Part shown: piece after piece, positions 63,755 through 64,000 of the stretch
How the letters are laid out: every line of letters starts with the position of its first letter
How positions within the stretch are numbered: position 1 is the stretch's first letter
NCBI GenBank assembly: GCA_964016885.1
Contig: OZ024741.1
Location: 164,858,001-164,922,000 of the forward strand
DNA: 64,000 bases
Reading direction: 5' to 3'
DNA from: Eledone cirrhosa
Lineage: Eukaryota
Position numbers and translations under genes: made by a program
Notes under the pieces: model-generated
Database searches by the model: none
Seen by the model: only the letters and a program-made list of their open reading frames with translations
Told to the model about the DNA's origin: nothing

Positions 63755-64000
63755 AGTACTGGGGTTGATATAATCGACTCTCCCTTGTGGCCACCAAATT
63801 GCTAGACTTGTGCCTATGCTAGAAACCATTATTTCCAAGTTGTAAAATTGACTGTAACTTACTTTTGTGTTGAAAAAAAAAACAAAAAAAAAATCATACA
63901 TACAACACAAAAGTTTGTTTAGCTTCAATTGTTGGTGGTGCTCTGAATGAAGAGAATATAGGATGGGGTAGGGTGGGGATGGAACCGAACAAAAGATGCA

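Overview
AT-rich eukaryotic genomic DNA, almost entirely repeat-derived. The SINE/LINE/microsatellite mix resembles an octopod cephalopod genome (inference). No host gene is securely identifiable; only a few weak exon candidates exist. Main contents: (1) a 5'-truncated Penelope-like element with an intact RT plus GIY-YIG ORF (Naiad-like motifs) and ~950-bp inverted terminal repeats, followed by a canonical minimal type I hammerhead ribozyme at 16261-16325; (2) a full-length but decayed Gypsy (Mag-like) LTR retrotransposon at 28331-33193 with CCTAC TSDs; (3) many RTE and CR1 LINE 3' fragments, at least three tRNA-derived SINE families, piggyBac-type and Tc1/mariner-type MITEs and a hAT-like transposase relic, often nested; (4) three large minisatellites (48, 25 and ~61 bp units), two traceable to a LINE 3' UTR or a SINE head. 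The most unusual theme is a set of small (TA)n-embedded fold-back elements. Two carry the 3' half of a hammerhead core and invert at the putative stem II. Nearly all long ORFs in the supplied track are repeat artefacts.
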